Below the pieces are notes generated by a model. It made no database searches. It had not been told where the DNA came from and saw nothing but the letters and a program-made list of their open reading frames with translations. A DNA stretch of 45,702 nt from an uncultured Clostridia bacterium. GTDB lineage: Bacteria > Bacillota > Clostridia > Oscillospirales > JAAYOS01. How positions within the stretch are numbered: the first letter of the stretch is position 1; each line of letters starts with the position of its first letter. The stretch covers positions 1 to 45,702 of the forward strand of contig CAMNWZ010000001.1 in assembly GCA_946566645.1 (NCBI GenBank), in the 5' to 3' direction. A program made the translations under genes and the position numbers. Of the stretch, positions 18,195 through 27,032 are shown one piece after another.

Positions 18195-20492
18195 ATGATG
18201 AACTTTCGGAAGAATCCCAAAAGGATGAGCTTTTACAACGGCAACTGGATGTACGAGCCGGGGATTACCCCGGTGTTCGCCGAGAGCGTCGCGGACACGG
18301 CGGTGGATGGGGATACGCTCACCCTGTTCACCTCGCAGAATCCGAACGCGAACCGCCGCGACCTGGGCGGTCCGATGCTGACGATAAAGCTCACCAGTCC
18401 CGCGCCGAACATCATCGGCGTCGAGCTGACGCACTTCAAGGGCGGGAAATCCGCCTATCCGAACTTCGAGCTCGGGAGCGCGCCGACGGCGGTGGAGATA
18501 GCCGACGACGCGGACAGTGTGAGCTACAAGTCGGGCGAGCTCGAGCTGAAGCTGAAGAAGCACGCGGGCTACATGGGCTGGAACATGGAGTTTGTCGGCG
18601 GCGGGAAGAAGCTCACCGCGTCGGGCGCGCGCTCGGCTGCCTACTTCTACGACGATGGCGCCGAGATGGGATTCACCTCGCAGCAGCTGGACATCGGCGT
18701 GGGCGAGTGCATCTACGGACTTGGCGAGCGGTTCGGACCGTTTGTCAAGAACGGACAGGACATAGACATGTGGCAGGCGGACGGCGGCACCGGCAGCGAG
18801 CAGGCGTACAAGAACGTGCCCTTCTATATGTCGAACAGGGGCTACGGCGTGTTTGTGGACAGCCCCGCCGACATCCGCTTTGAGGTGGGCACGACCAAGG
18901 TGGAGCGGGTGATGTTCAGCGCGGAGAGCGAGACGCTGCGCTACTTTGTGATATACGGCGCTACGCCCGCCGACATCCTCGAGCGGTACACGCTGCTGAC
19001 CGGACGTCCCGCGCTTCCGCCCGCGTGGAGCTTCGGACTGTGGCTGTCCACGTCGTTTACCACCGACTACGACGAGGCGACCGCAAGCTCGTTTATCGAC
19101 GGCATGGCGGAGCGGGAGATACCCCTCTCGGTGTTCCACTTCGACTGCTTCTGGATGAAGGGCAACCACTGGACCGACTTCGAGTGGGACGCGGATATGT
19201 TCCCCGACCCGGAGGGCATGCTTCGGCGCTACCACGAGCGCGGGCTCAAGATATGCGTGTGGATCAACCCCTACATCGCGCAGCAGTCGCGGCTGTTCGA
19301 CGAGGCGGCGGCGAAGGGCTACCTGATAATGAAGGAGGACGGCGGCGTCTGGCAGACCGACCTGTGGCAGAGCGGCATGGGCGTGGTCGACTTCACAAAT
19401 CCCGCCGCCTGCGAGTGGTACGCGGGACACCTGACGCGGCTGATGCGGATGGGCGTTGACTGCTTCAAGACCGACTTCGGCGAGCGGATACCCGTAAAGG
19501 GCGTGAAGTATTTCGACGGCAGCGACCCTGTCCGTATGCACAACTACTACACCGAGCTGTACAACAAGGTGGTGTTCACCGCGATAGAGCGCGAGCGCGG
19601 CGTGGACGAGGCGGTGGTATTCGCGCGCAGCGGGACGGCGGGTACGCAGAAGTATCCGCTGCACTGGGGCGGCGACAACGCGGGCAACTATCCGTCGATG
19701 GCGGAGACGCTCCGCGCGGGACTGTCGCTCGCGGTGAGCGGCTACGGCTTCTGGTCGCACGACATAGGCGGATTCGAGGCGACCGCGCCCGCCGACCTCT
19801 ACAAGCGCTGGTGCGCGTTCGGACTGCTGTCCAGCCACTCGCGGCTGCACGGCTCGTCGAGTTATCGCGTGCCGTGGAGCTTTGACGAGCAGGCAAGCGA
19901 GGTGCTCCGCCGATTCGTGAGGCTCAAGAACTCGATGATGCCGTACATCTACGAGCACGCGATAGAGGCGCACGAAACCGGCGTTCCGGTGCTGCGACCG
20001 ATGGTGTTCGAGTTCCCCGACGACCCCGCCTGCGCGTATCTTGACCGCCAGTATATGCTCGGCAAGAATCTGCTCGTCGCGCCGGTGTTCAGCGAGGACG
20101 GCACGGTAGATTTCTACGTCCCGCAGGGGTCGTGGACAAGCGTGCTCGACGGCAAGCGGTATGAGGGCGGACGGTGGTACCGCGAGCGGTTCGACTACTT
20201 CTCGCTGCCGCTGCTGCTTCGCGAGAACGCGATACTGCCGATAGGCGGCTGCGACGACCGTCCCGACTACAACTACGCCGAGGGTCTGACGCTCAAGGTG
20301 AACGTCGCCGACGGCGGCCGCGCGAGCTGCGAGATTCCGAACATCACCGGAGTTCGCGACGCGCTTGTGACCGTCGAGCGGAGCGGGAAGGTGTACACCG
20401 TCAGCACGACCAAGCCGCTGGAGGGACTGAAGCTCGAGATAGAGGGCAAGCTGTACGACTGCAACGGTTTGGTAACCGAGGCAACGCTGTAA
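18195..20492 (+). CDS. GH31 alpha-xylosidase (YicI-like)
   Basis: 765 aa. GVDCFKTDFGERIP (nucleophile region), HWGGDN, and the FGLLSSHSRLHG block typical of GH31 alpha-xylosidases. Confidence 0.88.
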   Translation: MMNFRKNPKRMSFYNGNWMYEPGITPVFAESVADTAVDGDTLTLFTSQNPNANRRDLGGPMLTIKLTSPAPNIIGVELTHFKGGKSAYPNFELGSAPTAVEIADDADSVSYKSGELELKLKKHAGYMGWNMEFVGGGKKLTASGARSAAYFYDDGAEMGFTSQQLDIGVGECIYGLGERFGPFVKNGQDIDMWQADGGTGSEQAYKNVPFYMSNRGYGVFVDSPADIRFEVGTTKVERVMFSAESETLRYFVIYGATPADILERYTLLTGRPALPPAWSFGLWLSTSFTTDYDEATASSFIDGMAEREIPLSVFHFDCFWMKGNHWTDFEWDADMFPDPEGMLRRYHERGLKICVWINPYIAQQSRLFDEAAAKGYLIMKEDGGVWQTDLWQSGMGVVDFTNPAACEWYAGHLTRLMRMGVDCFKTDFGERIPVKGVKYFDGSDPVRMHNYYTELYNKVVFTAIERERGVDEAVVFARSGTAGTQKYPLHWGGDNAGNYPSMAETLRAGLSLAVSGYGFWSHDIGGFEATAPADLYKRWCAFGLLSSHSRLHGSSSYRVPWSFDEQASEVLRRFVRLKNSMMPYIYEHAIEAHETGVPVLRPMVFEFPDDPACAYLDRQYMLGKNLLVAPVFSEDGTVDFYVPQGSWTSVLDGKRYEGGRWYRERFDYFSLPLLLRENAILPIGGCDDRPDYNYAEGLTLKVNVADGGRASCEIPNITGVRDALVTVERSGKVYTVSTTKPLEGLKLEIEGKLYDCNGLVTEATL

Positions 20493-20508
20493 ACATTGTG
20501 AGACATGG

Positions 20509-20536
20509 GAGAGGGGCGAAAGCTCCTCTCTTTTTT
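20509..20536 (+). terminator. Rho-independent terminator after the GH31 gene
   Basis: GAGAGGGGC-GAAA-GCTCCTCTC followed by T6. Confidence 0.7.
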
Positions 20537-20568
20537 ACATCCAAAACGAAAAAATGTTCGATTATCTA

Positions 20569-20597
20569 TTGACAAACGGAAATATCTGCCATATAAT
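20569..20597 (+). promoter_or_regulatory. Consensus sigma-A promoter for the small-protein/sigma-r4 pair
   Basis: TTGACA, 17 nt spacer, TATAAT. Followed by the inverted repeat GACAAC-N9-GTTGTC at 20605-20625. Confidence 0.65.
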
Positions 20598-20656
20598 AGA
20601 AATTGACAACAGGCAACAAGTTGTCGTACAAAACAGAGATTCGGAGGGAAGGGAAA

Positions 20657-20851
20657 ATGTGGCAGACGATGGAGGCGCTTGCCGAGCAGTACCGCGCGGA
20701 GGCGGTGCGTCTGGACGAGCTTATCGCGCGGGCAAAGGAGCACCCGAACCCCGACGTGTTCGAGCAGGATCGCCGTATGCGGATACTTCGCTCGATGCGC
20801 GCCGAGAACTACGGGACATACAGAAACTTATTGGAGTATGTAAACAAATAA
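20657..20851 (+). CDS. Small helical hypothetical protein (64 aa)
   Basis: ATG at 20657 is preceded by GGAGGG. Predicted all-helical, charged sequence (MWQTMEALAEQYRAEAVRLDELIARAKEH). 14 nt upstream of the next gene. No family recognised. Confidence 0.6.
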   Translation: MWQTMEALAEQYRAEAVRLDELIARAKEHPNPDVFEQDRRMRILRSMRAENYGTYRNLLEYVNK

Positions 20852-20865
20852 AACGGAGGGAAACC

Positions 20866-21213
20866 ATGAAAAACACAAACTATTCGAGGCCACGCCGCCG
20901 CGTGGTCAGCTTTGACGAGAACCGCGACAGCCGTGCGGCAATGCGCCGCGCCGAGTGGATGGACTCGACCGCGCCCGAGATGATATGCTTCGACGACGAC
21001 ACCAACGCGTCGATGCTGCGCGTGCTCGCCGCCGCGGCGAACGAGGCGCTCGGGCATCTGACCGACAAACAGCGCGCGGCGGTCGAGCTGCACTACTTTC
21101 GCGGCATGACCCAGCGCCAGATAGCGAGGCAGTGGAGGGTCAGTCCGTCGGCGGTGTCGCGGCTGCTCGCCCGCGCGATAGGACGGCTGCGCAAGCTGAT
21201 AATCGTGAAATAG
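20866..21213 (+). CDS. Sigma-70 region-4-only DNA-binding protein
   Basis: 115 aa from the ATG at 20866 (RBS GGAGGG). LTDKQRAAVELHYFRGMTQRQIARQWRVSPSAVSRLLARAIGRLRKL is a canonical sigma r4.2 / LuxR-like HTH. No region 2 is present. Confidence 0.75.
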   Translation: MKNTNYSRPRRRVVSFDENRDSRAAMRRAEWMDSTAPEMICFDDDTNASMLRVLAAAANEALGHLTDKQRAAVELHYFRGMTQRQIARQWRVSPSAVSRLLARAIGRLRKLIIVK

Positions 21214-21331
21214 AGGTGAAAACGTCCGTCGGGAAGCGATTGCTTTTCGACGGGCGTTGCTTTATACCCCGCGAGGTATCCGTTTTTGTGTCCAAAAGCA
21301 GCGCGGGAGTTATCTGCTCGATTCAACAATA

Positions 21332-21360
21332 TTGACAAAACGGTCGGAGCGTGGTACTAT
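21332..21360 (+). promoter_or_regulatory. Candidate promoter for the dehydrogenase/fucosidase pair
   Basis: TTGACA, 17 nt spacer, TGgTACTAT. Confidence 0.5.
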
Positions 21361-21396
21361 TAATCGTGAATAAGCATTATTATACGGAGGTGCGCC

Positions 21397-22344
21397 ATGA
21401 AGATAGTTCTCGCCGAGCCGCTCGGGGTGTCGAGCGAGCGGATAGAGACGCTCGCGGAGCCGCTTGTTGCAAGGGGTCACGAGTTTGTCGCCTACGACGC
21501 GAAGGCATCGAACGCGGCGGAGCTGACCGCCCGTCTTGAGGGCGCGGAGGCGGCGATGATCGCGAACAGTCCGTTCTACGAGGAGACGGCGGCTGCGTGC
21601 GGCTTGAAATATCTGTCGGTGGCGTTCACCGGCGTAGACCATGTGGCGGTGGAGACCCTGCGCGCCAAGGGATGCAGAATATCCAACTGCGCGGGCTACG
21701 CGACCGAGTCGACCGCCGAGCTTGCCATCGCGCTGACGCTTGACGTGCTCCGCCGCGTGACCGCTCTCGACCACGCGACCAGGGCGGGTCGCGGACGCGA
21801 CGGCTTCGCGGGCGGCGAGCTGAGGGGACGCAAGTTCGGCGTGGTGGGCAGCGGCGCGATAGCCCTCCGCGCGTGCTCGATTGCGAAGGCGTTCGGCGCG
21901 GAGCTGTACGCGTACAGCCGCAGCGAGCGTGCCGAGGCGGTGGCGATGGGCGTGAAATATCTGCCGCTCGACGAGCTGATGTCGACCTGCGACGTGATAA
22001 GCCTGCACGTCCCCGCGACAAGCGAGACAAAGGGAATGATCTCCGCCGAGAAGATAGCGCTGATGAAGCCGACGGCGGTGCTGATAAACACCGCGCGGGG
22101 CACGATAGTTGACAACAAGGCGCTCGCCGACGCGCTGAAATCGGGCGCGATAGCCGGCGCGGGAATAGACGTCTACGAGACCGAGCCGCCGATAGCCGAT
22201 CATCCGCTCTACGCGTGCGAAAGCGCGGTTTTAACGCCGCACATCGGCTTTGCGAGCGAGGAGGCGATGGTCATGCGCGCGGGGATGGCGTTTGACAACG
22301 TGGAGAAGTGGCTTTCGGGAACGGTTCAGAACGAGGTGAAATGA
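21397..22344 (+). CDS. D-isomer-specific 2-hydroxyacid dehydrogenase family protein (PGDH/GyaR-like)
   Basis: 315 aa. Rossmann GVVGSGAIA, then LINTARGTIVD and VLTPHIGFASEE catalytic Arg/Glu/His blocks. Confidence 0.85.
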   Translation: MKIVLAEPLGVSSERIETLAEPLVARGHEFVAYDAKASNAAELTARLEGAEAAMIANSPFYEETAAACGLKYLSVAFTGVDHVAVETLRAKGCRISNCAGYATESTAELAIALTLDVLRRVTALDHATRAGRGRDGFAGGELRGRKFGVVGSGAIALRACSIAKAFGAELYAYSRSERAEAVAMGVKYLPLDELMSTCDVISLHVPATSETKGMISAEKIALMKPTAVLINTARGTIVDNKALADALKSGAIAGAGIDVYETEPPIADHPLYACESAVLTPHIGFASEEAMVMRAGMAFDNVEKWLSGTVQNEVK

Positions 22345-23663
22345 TGGCAGACTATCCGGTGTACGAGTTCGACCGAGAGGAATACGACAAGCGGGTGGCG
22401 TGGTTTCGCGACGCGCGGTTCGGCATGTTCATTCACTGGGGGCTGTACGCGATACCCGCGCGCGGCGAGTGGGTGCGGTCGGTCGAGCGGATGCCGGAGG
22501 AGGAGTATCTGCCGTTTTTCGATGAGTTCGACCCGAAGGGCTGCGACATGCGCGAGTGGGCGCGGATTGCGAAGAACGCGGGGATGAAGTACGCGGTGCT
22601 GACCTCCAAGCACCACGACGGCTTCTGCCTGTTCGACACCGCCACCACCGACTTCAAGTCGACGAATACACCGGCACACCGTGACTTTGTGCGCGAGTTT
22701 CTCGAGGCGTTCCGCGCGGAGGGGCTGAAGGTCGGGCTTTACTACTCGCTGCTCGACTGGCACCACCCCGACTATCCGCACTACGGCGACGCGAACCATC
22801 CGATGAGGGATGACCCGTCGCAGTCGAACGAGAACAGGGACTTCGGCCGATACCTCGACTACATGCACGAGCAGGTGCGCGAGCTGTGCACAAACTACGG
22901 AAAACTGGACATCATGTGGTTCGACTTCAGCTACGGAGAGCTTCGCGGCGAGGCGTGGCGCGGTCACGAGCTGGTGAACATGGTGCGCGCGCTTCAGCCG
23001 GGCGTTATCATCGACAACCGAATAGAGGTGAGCGGCGAGGGCTTCGGCTCGCTTGCCGAGGGAAAGCCGAATCCGTGGCACGGCGACTTCGTAAGCCCCG
23101 AGCAGATAATCCCGCCGAACGGGCTTGTGGACGCGAACGGAAACGACCTCGTGTGGGAGGCGTGCGTCACGATGAACAACAACTGGGGCTACGCCGCAAA
23201 CGACAAAAACTTCAAGCCCGCGTCGATGCTCGTGCGAAAGCTGGTCGAGTGCGTGTCTAAGGGCGGCAACCTGCTGCTCAACGTCGGACCGGACGCAAAC
23301 GGACGCATACCGCCCGAGTCGCGCGCGATACTTAATGAGATAGGCGAGTGGATGGAGCTGAACGGCGAGAGCATCTTCGGCTGCGGCAAGTCGGGGATGC
23401 AAAAGCCGGACATCGGGCGGGTGACCCGCCGCGAAAGCACGCTCTACTACCACATCTTCGAGAACACGATAGGCGCGGTGCCGCTCGAGGGACTGCGGCG
23501 TAAGCAGGTGAAAGCCGCGCGGCTGCTTTCCACCGGCGCGGAGCTGCATCTGCCGCAGAACTGGATATACAACAACTACCCCGACGTGGTGTTCTGCGAC
23601 CTCGGACCGAGTCCGCTGCTTCCGAATGACACGGACACGGTGATAAAAGTAGAACTAAACTGA
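22341..23663 (+). CDS. GH29 alpha-L-fucosidase
   Basis: ARFGMFIHWGLYAIPARGEW and YAVLTSKHHDGFCLFDT are GH29 hallmarks. Start set at the ATG at 22341, which forms an ATGA overlap with the upstream stop. Confidence 0.88.
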   Translation: MMADYPVYEFDREEYDKRVAWFRDARFGMFIHWGLYAIPARGEWVRSVERMPEEEYLPFFDEFDPKGCDMREWARIAKNAGMKYAVLTSKHHDGFCLFDTATTDFKSTNTPAHRDFVREFLEAFRAEGLKVGLYYSLLDWHHPDYPHYGDANHPMRDDPSQSNENRDFGRYLDYMHEQVRELCTNYGKLDIMWFDFSYGELRGEAWRGHELVNMVRALQPGVIIDNRIEVSGEGFGSLAEGKPNPWHGDFVSPEQIIPPNGLVDANGNDLVWEACVTMNNNWGYAANDKNFKPASMLVRKLVECVSKGGNLLLNVGPDANGRIPPESRAILNEIGEWMELNGESIFGCGKSGMQKPDIGRVTRRESTLYYHIFENTIGAVPLEGLRRKQVKAARLLSTGAELHLPQNWIYNNYPDVVFCDLGPSPLLPNDTDTVIKVELN

Positions 23664-23747
23664 AAACTGTTACCGTTTTGTAATTTGATTTTTTCGCCCT
23701 CATAGCTTATAATATAAGATAGCTTATTATTTGCGAGGTAGTATTCA

Positions 23748-25619
23748 ATGGACAAAACCCCAAGCCCTCGCGGCGGAAGCCGCATAGCACCGAGCAAGAA
23801 TAACGGAGCACGCGTCGCGCTGATAGTCGCGGCGGTGGTCATCGTCGCGATTTTTGCGGTCGCGGCGTGGTGGTGCGGCTTTTACTCGAACATCTACCCG
23901 GGCGTGAGCGTCGCGGGAATAGACGTCGGCGGGATGAGTGTTGAGGACGCGACGGCGAAGATAGCCGAGGCGCTGTCAAACGAGCAGGGCACGGTCACCA
24001 TCTCGAACGGCGGCGAGACGATAGCGTCGTTCGATACCGCCGACATCCGTCAGGACTTCGATGTTCAGACCGAGGCTTCGAGCGCGGCAAAATATGCCTA
24101 CGACGCGGTTCGCGAGAACGGCATAGGCGCGAAGTTGGGAGCGATGTTCGGGCGGAAGACCGAGCTTATGCTCGAGGGTTCGACCGACGCGAGCGCGCTG
24201 TCCGGCTCGATAGCAAGTCTCTGCGGCGGCATGACCACCGGCGTGGTGGACGGAAGCTGGAAAGTTCAGGCGAAGTCGAACGCCGAGGGCGACGACCTGA
24301 TAATAAGCGCGGGAAGCGCGGGCATAGGCTACGACGCGGCGGCGCTGTCGGCGGAGGTCGAGCGCCGTCTGATTGCGGGCGAGTTCGGCGACCTGGATAT
24401 ATCGGCGTACGCGGCGACGGTCGAGCCGAAGCCGGTCGACCTGGACGCGGTATACAAGGAGCTGCACGTCGAGCCGCAGGACGCGAAGATAATAAAGAAC
24501 GAGGACACCGGCGAGATGGACGTTCAGCCGGAGGTCATCGGCTACGACTTCGACCTCGCGGCGGCGAAGAAGCAGCTGGAGAGCGGCGCGGATTTCACCG
24601 TCCTGCTCAAGCGGAGCGTCCCCGAAGTGACCGAGGAGCAGCTGCGCGCGACGATGTTCGAGGACCTGCTCGCCGAGTGCTTCACCACGATGGAGAACAA
24701 GCGCAACTATGACCGCACCGGCAACGTCAAGCTGGCGGCGGACGCGATAAACGGCACGATACTCATGCCCGGAGAGGAGTTCAGCTACAACGGAACGGTC
24801 GGCGAGCGCACGGCTGAGCGCGGCTACAAGAAGGCTTCGGTCTATCTGTCCGGCGGAATCGAGGATCAGCTCGGCGGCGGCATCTGCCAGACCAGCTCGA
24901 CGCTGTATATGGCGGTCATCCGCGCACGGCTGGAGGTCACACAGCGCAAGCCGCACAAGTATTCGGTCGGCTACACCCCGCTCGGCGAGGACGCGACCGT
25001 CTACTGGGGCTCGCTAGACTTCAAATTCAAGAACAACCGTGACTATCCGGTAAAGATCGTCGCGTGGCAGGAGGGCTACGACATCACCGTCCAGATTTGG
25101 GGCACCGATGTGGATGGCTACAAGGTGGAGATAAGCCACGTCACCCACTCGTACACGCCGTACAGCACGGTGGAGGTGGAGAACCCCGAGCTGGACTACG
25201 GCAAGACCCGTCAGAAGGTGCAGGGACACTCGGCATACTCGGTGACCACCTATGCCACCGTGACCGACAAGGACGGCAACGAGGTGGACAAGTACAAGGT
25301 GGCGGACAGCAAGTATGTTCTGCTCAACCGCGTGCTCGAGGTCGGAACGAAGGGCGCGCCCGCGTCGACAAGTCCCGAGCCGTCTACCGTGCCGGCGGTC
25401 GACCCGACGGCGCTGCCGTCGACCGAGCCGACGCCCGCGGTCACCGCGACGCCGCCGCCGACACCGACGACCGAACCTACCGCGGCGTCGACCGCGGCAC
25501 CCACGCCCGAGCCGACCTTCACGCCGGCAACGAGCGTTGAACCCACCCCCGCGCCTACTCCCGCACCCACTCCAAACGAACCCGCGCCGACGCCCACAGA
25601 GGCTGTCGTGACGCCTTAA
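23748..25619 (+). CDS. VanW-family protein with N-terminal membrane anchor and Pro/Thr-rich C-terminal tail
   Basis: 623 aa. TM helix VALIVAAVVIVAIFAVAAWW. VanW core GYKKASVYLSGGIEDQLGGGICQTSSTLYMAV. G5-like segment before about 80 aa of PT-rich low complexity. Candidate promoter TTGATT, 17 nt spacer, TATAAT at 23685-23713. Confidence 0.85.
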   Translation: MDKTPSPRGGSRIAPSKNNGARVALIVAAVVIVAIFAVAAWWCGFYSNIYPGVSVAGIDVGGMSVEDATAKIAEALSNEQGTVTISNGGETIASFDTADIRQDFDVQTEASSAAKYAYDAVRENGIGAKLGAMFGRKTELMLEGSTDASALSGSIASLCGGMTTGVVDGSWKVQAKSNAEGDDLIISAGSAGIGYDAAALSAEVERRLIAGEFGDLDISAYAATVEPKPVDLDAVYKELHVEPQDAKIIKNEDTGEMDVQPEVIGYDFDLAAAKKQLESGADFTVLLKRSVPEVTEEQLRATMFEDLLAECFTTMENKRNYDRTGNVKLAADAINGTILMPGEEFSYNGTVGERTAERGYKKASVYLSGGIEDQLGGGICQTSSTLYMAVIRARLEVTQRKPHKYSVGYTPLGEDATVYWGSLDFKFKNNRDYPVKIVAWQEGYDITVQIWGTDVDGYKVEISHVTHSYTPYSTVEVENPELDYGKTRQKVQGHSAYSVTTYATVTDKDGNEVDKYKVADSKYVLLNRVLEVGTKGAPASTSPEPSTVPAVDPTALPSTEPTPAVTATPPPTPTTEPTAASTAAPTPEPTFTPATSVEPTPAPTPAPTPNEPAPTPTEAVVTP

Positions 25620-25696
25620 CACCGCAAAACAAACCACTCGCGAAAGGGATGTGAAAGACACACTTTGAAAAACTTTTTCACTTTTACAAAAAAGTG

Positions 25697-25725
25697 TTGC
25701 AATTTACGGCAAAGTGTGATAAACT
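25697..25725 (+). promoter_or_regulatory. Candidate promoter for the SARP-GGDEF regulator and downstream operon
   Basis: TTGCAA, 17 nt spacer, TGaTAAACT. Embedded in an array of CACTTT/AAAGTG hexamers. Confidence 0.5.
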
Positions 25726-25786
25726 AATTTCGCGCCGGGGATGAGGCTGTTCCTCGTCGCCTGCGCACGTTGGAGAGTGAAGCAGT

Positions 25787-26989
25787 ATGAATGTGAAGAA
25801 GGAGAAGCTGAAGGTTCGGGCGAACCTGCTCGGAGGTTTCGAGACTATCATCGGCGGAGGCACGCTCACCGAGGATATGAGCCGCTCGAAGAATCTGTGG
25901 AATCTCTTTGCATACATACTTCTGCACCGGGACAGACTGATACCGCTTGAGGAGCTCATCGAGGTGCTCTGGGGCGAGGACGACTGCTCCAACCCGTCGG
26001 GCGCGCTCAAGACGCTGATGTACCGCACGCGGGTGCTGCTCGAGCCGTTTACCGGAGGAAACATCCAGCTGATAAAGAGTCAGCGCGGAAGCTACTGCTG
26101 GAACGGCGACGTGGAGTGCTCGGTGGACGCGGAGGAGTTTGACACGCTCTGCCGCGCCGCGGAGACGGCAAGCGACGACGAGCAGAGACTCGAGTGCTAT
26201 CGGCAGGCGGTGGCGCTGTACAAGGGGGGCTTGCTTCCCAAGTTCGCAAGCGAGCTTTGGGTCGTGCCGCTGTCCACCCGCTATCACAACGAGTACATAG
26301 ACGCGGTGCGAAAACTTTCGGCAATGCTTGCCGAGCGCGAGCTGTACGACGAGATGGCTGAGGTGTGCGCCCACGCGGTGGAGGTCGATCCGTACGACGA
26401 GAGCCTGCACGCGATGTACATACGGGCGCTTGTCAAGCAGGGCAAGGACGCGTCGGCGCTCGAGTATTACGACCGCACCACCGACATGCTCTACCGCAAT
26501 CTCGGCATCCGCCCGAGCGAGGAGCTGGCGTCGCTGTACAACGAGATAATGCAGGTGGGGAACACGCTCGAGACCGACCTCGACGTGATACTCGGCGGAC
26601 TTCGCGAAGTTGCCGACCGCCCGGGAGCGTTCGTCTGCGACTACGGATTTTTCAAGGAGATATACCGCCTGGAGGTTCGACGCAGCCGCCGCACCGGAGC
26701 GTGCATCCACATAGCGCTCGTCACGATATACAACGCGGACGGGGACACGCCGCCGCTGAGTATACTGAACAGGGCGATGGACGGACTGCTCGAACTGCTC
26801 ACCTCAAGGCTTCGCCGCGGCGACGTTATCTCGCGGTACTCGCCGAGCCAGTATGTGCTCATGCTGCCCACCGCGAACTTCGAGGACGGCTCGCACGTCA
26901 TGGAGCGCATAGCCGAGGAGTATTACCGGCTGCACCGCAGGAGCCTGCTCACCATCCACTATAAACTTCGTCAGATAGAACTCTACTAG
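25787..26989 (+). CDS. SARP-type regulator: OmpR/PhoB winged helix + BTAD + degenerate GGDEF domain
   Basis: 400 aa. N-terminal winged-helix region (LWNLFAYILLHRDRLIPLEELIEVLW...ALKTLMYRTR). BTAD/TPR-like middle (ECYRQAVALYKGGLLP...DPYDESLHAMYIRALVKQGKDASALEYYDRTTDMLYRNLGIRPSEEL). The C-terminal GGDEF fold has SPSQY in place of GGDEF and RRGD at the I-site position. Confidence 0.8.
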   Translation: MNVKKEKLKVRANLLGGFETIIGGGTLTEDMSRSKNLWNLFAYILLHRDRLIPLEELIEVLWGEDDCSNPSGALKTLMYRTRVLLEPFTGGNIQLIKSQRGSYCWNGDVECSVDAEEFDTLCRAAETASDDEQRLECYRQAVALYKGGLLPKFASELWVVPLSTRYHNEYIDAVRKLSAMLAERELYDEMAEVCAHAVEVDPYDESLHAMYIRALVKQGKDASALEYYDRTTDMLYRNLGIRPSEELASLYNEIMQVGNTLETDLDVILGGLREVADRPGAFVCDYGFFKEIYRLEVRRSRRTGACIHIALVTIYNADGDTPPLSILNRAMDGLLELLTSRLRRGDVISRYSPSQYVLMLPTANFEDGSHVMERIAEEYYRLHRRSLLTIHYKLRQIELY

Positions 26990-27032
26990 GGTTTTAACTT
27001 TATCAAATGCCGACGAAAGGAGTGTTCGGTAA

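Noticed and set aside
16721-19973. 499-aa and 599-aa minus-strand ORFs opposite the DUF3810 and GH31 genes
   Set aside because: They are shadow ORFs with Arg/His/Val-rich translations and no motifs.
20554-20865. Upstream part of the 219-aa ORF (20554-21213) and the 82-aa version of the small ORF (20603)
   Set aside because: These extensions run through the promoter itself. The internal ATGs at 20657 and 20866 each have a GGAGGG RBS at proper spacing.
25370-25616. Repetitive Pro/Thr-coding DNA (also at about 40620-40720) considered as a possible CRISPR or tandem-repeat locus
   Set aside because: The repeats are short, imperfect and in frame within the VanW and DUF3048 genes (PT linkers). There is no repeat-spacer periodicity and no cas genes.
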